Assembly: GCA_030753365.1 (NCBI GenBank)
Contig: JASMCJ010000058.1
Span: 1 to 35,436, forward strand
Direction: 5' to 3'
DNA from: Candidatus Woesearchaeota archaeon
GTDB lineage: Archaea; Nanobdellota; Nanobdellia; Woesearchaeales; GCA-2687795
Length of the DNA stretch: 35,436 nt
A program made the translations under genes and the position numbers. Numbering within the stretch: the stretch's first letter is position 1; the number at the start of each line of letters is the position of its first letter. The notes beneath the pieces are model-generated. The model was not told where the DNA came from. It worked only from the letters and a program-made list of their open reading frames with translations, and did no database searches. Below are positions 29,555-35,436 of the stretch, in pieces.

Positions 29555-31009
29555 ATGAAACCTAACTTATCAAAACTCTTTGCAATCCTTGTAACATTCT
29601 TAATCAGTTTAACCCCTATCTGCTCTGCAAGCCAATCATACAATCTTCAATATGATCTTAATGGAAATTTAATTCAGGACAAAGATAACTTTTATGAATA
29701 TAACAGTCTAAATCAGTTAACCAGAATAAGACAAAATAATGAAAATGGCAGAATTCTTGAAGAATACGATTATGATAATAACGGAGACAGAATAAAAAAG
29801 GTCAGCTATCATGAAGACCTCTCTAACACAATAACATATTATATAAATAAAAACTTCATAAGGGTCATAAACAATTCAGGAACTTACGACTTTATATACT
29901 ATTATAATGATGGCCAGCTAATAGCCAAGCAAAACCCTGACAATTCTAAATCCTATTACCACCCAGACCATTTAGGAAGCAACAATATCATAACCGATGA
30001 AGCTGGAAACAAAATAGAAGAAACCACTTACTTACCCTTTGGAGACATTCTTGAAGGAGGCAACGACAGGTTCACATACACCGGAAAAGAAAAAGACTCC
30101 ACTGGCTTAATGTATTATGGTGCAAGATACTATTCTCCATTCTTAAGAAGATTCACCCAACCAGACACATTAATCCAGGACATCTATGACCCTCAATCAT
30201 TAAACAGATATGCCTATGCAAGAAACAATCCTTTAGTATACAAAGATGATAGCGGTCATTTCTGGCATATAGCATTAGGCATGGCAATTGGTGGTGTAAT
30301 AGGAGGAGGAGCTAATCTAATAGGCCAGGTATTAAATGGTGCTTCATTATTTGATGGTTCTGTTAACTGGGGTTCTGTTGGTATAAGCGCTGTTGCAGGT
30401 TCAGTTTTTGGAGGAGTAGCCACTGCAACATTTGGCTTAGGAATAGCAGCTGCAGGTACAGGATATGGAGGATATGCTTTAGGAGGTGCAATTTCATGAT
30501 TAACTGGAGGAAGAGCCTCGCAATTAACTTCTAACTTAATAACCAAAGACAACTCTTGGAATGATGACCTTCTCAATGTAAAAGATATTACCATAGAAAC
30601 AGGCGGCGGTGCTATATTCGGTATGGCTGGGAAAGCTGTAGGTTCGGTTTTCGGCAAAGGAAAAGTCTCTTCTAAACCAAATCTTAAATCTGGAAAAGTT
30701 CAGGAATTTCCCATCAAAGATTTGTATGGTACGCATCAGTTAAGTAAAAAATACGTTTTAGCACCTGAGAAAATAAAGTTAGGTAAGAGTAAAGGACCTA
30801 TAGAAATTTTTAATTATGAAGGAAAATTAATAATTAATGATGGAATGGGGAGAACAGCAAGATCAAAATTAGTGTATGGGAAAGATACTGTATCAGGTAG
30901 GATTAGTAACCCTTCTCCTGGAGATATTGGTGGGTGGGAATATGCTAGATATCTTAATCAAAGAAGTAATCAAGAGAATATGATTGAATTAATTGGAAAC
31001 ATGAAATAA
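29555..31009 (+). pseudogene. Secreted mini-Rhs: signal peptide, Rhs core, Gly-rich segment and ParB/Srx-like C-terminal toxin, interrupted by one in-frame TGA at 30497..30499
   Basis: YHPDHLGS, RFTYTGKEKD.TGLMYYGARYY, NRYAYARNNP....D..G. ORFs 29555..30499 and 30623..31009 share a frame with no other stop; C-terminal PIEIF...GKLIINDGMGR. Confidence 0.8.
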
Positions 31010-31011
31010 AA

Positions 31012-31743
31012 ATGATATTGAAAAATAGAAACCAAAACTTTAGTAAACTAATAACTCAGTTTAATAGAGAATATATCAAAGATACTCCTTGGCCCAATGG
31101 CACCTTTAATAAGCTAATTAAAGGAGGGTACAAGAACGAGATAGAAGAATTATTAACAAGAGATATAGACTACAACTTATTTAAATTTCTTTTAAATGTT
31201 TATATTAGATATGAGAATATTGATTTAGAGCTTATTAAAAAATTATTTAAGAATAACTTTAATAATATAAATAATCTAAATGCCATTGTAAGTATTGTTC
31301 TACATATTAATAGAGGTGATTTTGGGGATATGCTTCAAAAAGCTCTTGATAAATATTATAATGAATTTTTAAAATCAAATCTTAAGATTATCAACACCAA
31401 AGGGGGAGTCTCTTTCTTAGCAATAATTATTCTTGCATTAGGGAATTATAATCAAACAAGCTGTATTCCAAAACTGAAAGAAATAGCCAAAACTCAAAAA
31501 ATAAACGAACCCAGTCTGGCAATGGCTGCAGAACATTCACTTGAAAGATTAGGACTAATCAAAAAAGTTGAGTCCCCCAAAAATATGGAAAAACAAGATT
31601 GGAAAAAAATAAAACAGTGTTTTGAGTGTAAAAGTAAAAACATTTTCTTAGATAAAAAAAGAAAAGAACTAGTCTGCCAAAAATGCGGCTTAGTTCAAAC
31701 AGGTAAGGAGGATTATCTCAAAGCAAAAAGTATGGGTCAATAA
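31012..31743 (+). CDS. Candidate immunity protein: helical/HEAT-like body with a C-terminal TFIIB-type Zn ribbon
   Basis: Starts 2 nt after the toxin stop; very AT-rich; ALG.....CIPKL...AAEHSLERL; CFECKSKNIFLDKKRKELVCQKCGLV. Confidence 0.65.
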   Translation: MILKNRNQNFSKLITQFNREYIKDTPWPNGTFNKLIKGGYKNEIEELLTRDIDYNLFKFLLNVYIRYENIDLELIKKLFKNNFNNINNLNAIVSIVLHINRGDFGDMLQKALDKYYNEFLKSNLKIINTKGGVSFLAIIILALGNYNQTSCIPKLKEIAKTQKINEPSLAMAAEHSLERLGLIKKVESPKNMEKQDWKKIKQCFECKSKNIFLDKKRKELVCQKCGLVQTGKEDYLKAKSMGQ

Positions 31744-31783
31744 CCACCCCAAGCAGTACCTTCTAAAGGAAATCAAAAACAGT

Positions 31784-34663
31784 TTGGGAGGAATAACAAC
31801 CCTTGACTATAAAAAAATAGCATCATTAGACAACACTGGAAATGATAATATAAATGATTTAGGATTTAATGGTTGGGTAGTTAACACTATAGAAAATAAC
31901 AATAACATTTTTGGAACTCAAAACACCATCTCAACTCATAATATTAGTTATGAAAATGGAATGTTTGATCCAGATGAAAGGCAATTTGCAGGGTTTGCTT
32001 ATGTTGAAGAAACAAGAAACCAAAAAACCAAAATAAGACATAATTTCTTCCAAGATAAAGGAAAAAGGGGCTTGGAATATGAAACAGAAATCTTGAATAC
32101 TAGCAATAATCTTTTCAAAAAAATTCAAAATGAATTCACATCCACTTATGATGATGAATATTATGTCAACACTTTACTCTGGACAATTAACTCCTTATAT
32201 GATGAATCAGTTGAAACTCCTTCACAAACTAAAATCCAATTTGGCTATGATAACTATGGAAACATAATAAGCACATCTTATCTAGGAGACACTTCAAAAA
32301 CAGGAGACGAAAAATATCTCTACAATGAATATCTTTACAACACTGACAACTGGATTATCGACCTGCCAAAACATACCTATCTATTAGAATCTGACGATTC
32401 AACCAAAGTAAGTGAAACTTGGTATAGCTATGACAGCAATGGGTACAACGAGAACCCAACAAGGGGCGACATAACTTCTATAGAATACTGGCTTGACATA
32501 GGAACAAACCCAGTTGAAACATACCACTATGACACCTACGGAAACGTTTTAACCTACACTAATCCTCTAAGCCATTCCACTCACTACACATATGGCTCAA
32601 ACAACACATTCATCATAAGAGAAACAAACGCAATAGGTCATGAAACAAATTATGAATATGACAAAGGAACAGGTAACATTCTATCAGAAACAGACCCAAA
32701 CGGTATCAGAATAGAATATCACTATGATGTATTTGGAAGAAAAGTTAAAGAAATTCTTCCTTATGATTCTATAGACTATCCTTCTATTCAGATAGAATAT
32801 AATTTAGACGGTACTGCTCCCGAAGAAATAAAAGTAATGAACAGAGAACAATCTGGTACAACCAACACATTTGATACTTACTTTTATTATGACGGATTTT
32901 GGAGATTGATTCAAAAAAAGAGTGAATCAGAACAGCAGGAATTAATAACATCTGATATCTACTATGATAAAACTGGAAAAATAAAGCAAGAAAGCAATCC
33001 TTACTATTCCAGCACAGGGTATACCATCCCCAATGAAAACATAAACTCTATAACTTATACTTATGACCCTCTCGGAAGAATAACACACACAAACTATCCT
33101 GATGGTTCTGCTGAAAACATTATTTATAATAACTGGGAAACCTTGATTTATGACAGGAATGGCAACATCAAAGAATACGAACATGATGCATACGACAGAA
33201 CAACCAAGGTAAAAGAACATAATAATAATGAAATATACACAACATCATACTTCTACGATGATAATGATAACCTTATCAAAATATTAGACAACCAAGATAA
33301 TTTTATCCAGTATGAATATGACAGCCTTAGCAGAAAAATAGGATTAGACGACATGGATTTAGGTATATGGTCTTATATTTACGATACTATTGGAAACTTA
33401 ATAACACAAACAGATAACAAAGGCAATATAATACATTTAACATATGATCAATTAAACAGGATTACACATAAAGAATTCAGTGAAGGAGACATTACATATA
33501 CTTATGATGTTAACACTCTGGGAACCCTCACCTCAATCCAAACACCTACTCTCCTAAGAAATTTCTGGTATGATAATAAATTCAGAAAAATAAGAGAAGA
33601 AAAGGTCATTGATGGAACATCTTTTGACACACTGTATAGTTATGATTCAATGGACAGGTTAATATCCAAAACTCTTCCCAATGAAGAAATTATAAACTAT
33701 GAATACAATGACCAATCCCTTCTTGAATCTATCCCTTCAATCATAAACAACATTGATTATAATGAAATGTCTCAAACATCAACTAGAAACTATGCTAACA
33801 ATCTTGATACTCAATTTGAATATGAGCCTTACAATTATAGGTTGCATGAAATAAGCACAGAAAATATTCAGGAACTTGAATATTCTTATGATAACATAGG
33901 GAACGTTTTACAAACAAATGACATTATGAACAATAAAATAAGTGAATTTGAATATGATGATTTACACAGGTTAACACATGCTCAACGCCCTTCAGATTTT
34001 GACATTCATTATATATATGATAGTATAGGAAACCTCTTGGACATATCTTCAGAAAGACTTAATGCTACATTCTACTATAATAATGGACTTGCGCACACTC
34101 CAATTATGATAAATGATAAGAGCGTACCTCTTCTCACCATCCCTTTGGAAAAAGAATGGAATCTTATATCCATACCATTGGTTTTAGAAGAAAACACTTT
34201 CCCAAAAACTCTTTTATCATTAACTGGCAAATACACCACCATCTTTGCATACAACTCATCAGAAAATACCTGGGACAGCTATTACACAAACCAACCTTCT
34301 TTCCTAAACTCAATAGACTCAATAACTCCAGAGAAAGGCTACTGGATAGAAATGATTGAAAACGCCACACTAACCATCCCAGGAGACCTTCCAACATCAA
34401 CCGTCTACAACCTTTACAACGGCTGGAACCTAATCAGTTATCCTTCACTAACAGAGCAGCCAATCGCCTCAACCTTAGCCAACGTAAACGAAACCTTCAC
34501 AACTATCTTCACATTCAACAACAATGTTTGGGAAAGCTACTCTCCAAACAAACCATCCTTCCTCAACACACTGCAAACCATGAAACCAGGCTATGGCTAC
34601 TGGATAAAAGCAAATCAAAATGTAACTTGGCAATTCAACGGCACGCATTACAACATAAACTAA
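31784..34663 (+). CDS. Rhs/YD-repeat shell (TcdB-midN-like start), N-terminally truncated, lacking Rhs core and toxin, with C-terminal WNLIS double domain
   Basis: Frame open from 31694 (KVWVNNHPKQYLLKEIKNSLGG); ERQFAGFAYV; many YDxxG(N/R) repeats; ends LAHTP then the WNLIS domain. Confidence 0.82.
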   Translation: MGGITTLDYKKIASLDNTGNDNINDLGFNGWVVNTIENNNNIFGTQNTISTHNISYENGMFDPDERQFAGFAYVEETRNQKTKIRHNFFQDKGKRGLEYETEILNTSNNLFKKIQNEFTSTYDDEYYVNTLLWTINSLYDESVETPSQTKIQFGYDNYGNIISTSYLGDTSKTGDEKYLYNEYLYNTDNWIIDLPKHTYLLESDDSTKVSETWYSYDSNGYNENPTRGDITSIEYWLDIGTNPVETYHYDTYGNVLTYTNPLSHSTHYTYGSNNTFIIRETNAIGHETNYEYDKGTGNILSETDPNGIRIEYHYDVFGRKVKEILPYDSIDYPSIQIEYNLDGTAPEEIKVMNREQSGTTNTFDTYFYYDGFWRLIQKKSESEQQELITSDIYYDKTGKIKQESNPYYSSTGYTIPNENINSITYTYDPLGRITHTNYPDGSAENIIYNNWETLIYDRNGNIKEYEHDAYDRTTKVKEHNNNEIYTTSYFYDDNDNLIKILDNQDNFIQYEYDSLSRKIGLDDMDLGIWSYIYDTIGNLITQTDNKGNIIHLTYDQLNRITHKEFSEGDITYTYDVNTLGTLTSIQTPTLLRNFWYDNKFRKIREEKVIDGTSFDTLYSYDSMDRLISKTLPNEEIINYEYNDQSLLESIPSIINNIDYNEMSQTSTRNYANNLDTQFEYEPYNYRLHEISTENIQELEYSYDNIGNVLQTNDIMNNKISEFEYDDLHRLTHAQRPSDFDIHYIYDSIGNLLDISSERLNATFYYNNGLAHTPIMINDKSVPLLTIPLEKEWNLISIPLVLEENTFPKTLLSLTGKYTTIFAYNSSENTWDSYYTNQPSFLNSIDSITPEKGYWIEMIENATLTIPGDLPTSTVYNLYNGWNLISYPSLTEQPIASTLANVNETFTTIFTFNNNVWESYSPNKPSFLNTLQTMKPGYGYWIKANQNVTWQFNGTHYNIN
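34142..34663 (+). repeat. WNLIS...P(E/G)xGYW double domain, copy 2
   Basis: Paralog of 26188..26715. Confidence 0.9.
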
Positions 34664-34701
34664 TTTTTAACAAAATATATAAACAAGTAAACTCCAATTA
34701 A

Positions 34702-35436
<735 letters not shown>

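Noticed and set aside
29419..29565. 48-aa ORF overlapping the mini-Rhs start through an A7 run (possible frameshift or phase variation)
   Set aside because: The ATG at 29555 already gives a complete signal peptide and the peptide has no recognisable features; evidence is insufficient.
30497..30499. Genome-wide UGA recoding or selenocysteine as the explanation of the Rhs stop
   Set aside because: TGA ends conserved genes here at their expected ends (gatA, DUF296), no other gene has an internal TGA, the context is Gly-like rather than Cys-like, and the tRNA-Trp anticodon is CCA.
15979..34663. The island as an integrated mobile element
   Set aside because: No integrase, transposase or terminal repeats are seen, and composition mostly matches the flanks except for toxin and immunity.

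Overview
AT-rich archaeal chromosomal DNA. The archaeal histone, NAC, Sec61-beta, NreA with a PIP box, BHB tRNA introns, GGTGA-type RBSs and DPANN-style class III pilins, together with bacterial-type QueH and class I GAPDH, point to a DPANN archaeon, probably Woesearchaeota (inference). About 1-15.8 kb is mostly housekeeping: a DUF362 Fe-S protein, transglutaminase-like protein, Sec61-beta, NAC, phosphoesterase, UppS, two pilins, SprT-like protease, histone, GatC, GatA, QueH, TrmB, DUF296, TrmI and NreA. It also holds two double-intron tRNA genes (Trp-CCA, Val-GAC) whose T-loop (59/60) introns are related to each other. About 16-34.7 kb is a co-oriented island of surface and secreted proteins. 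It starts with a lipoprotein and a ~3,380-aa protein: degenerate NodB domain, M64 metallopeptidase, four scaffold repeats each carrying a different inserted domain (one is an I9+subtilisin), and a C-terminal WNLIS double domain. Two Ig/PKD proteins follow, then a split, order-permuted Rhs system. A small signal-peptide-bearing Rhs core plus ParB-like toxin (interrupted by one in-frame TGA) and a candidate immunity gene lie upstream of a toxin-less Rhs/TcdB-type shell. The shell ends in a ~66%-identical copy of the giant protein's C-terminal domain. The window ends inside gap.
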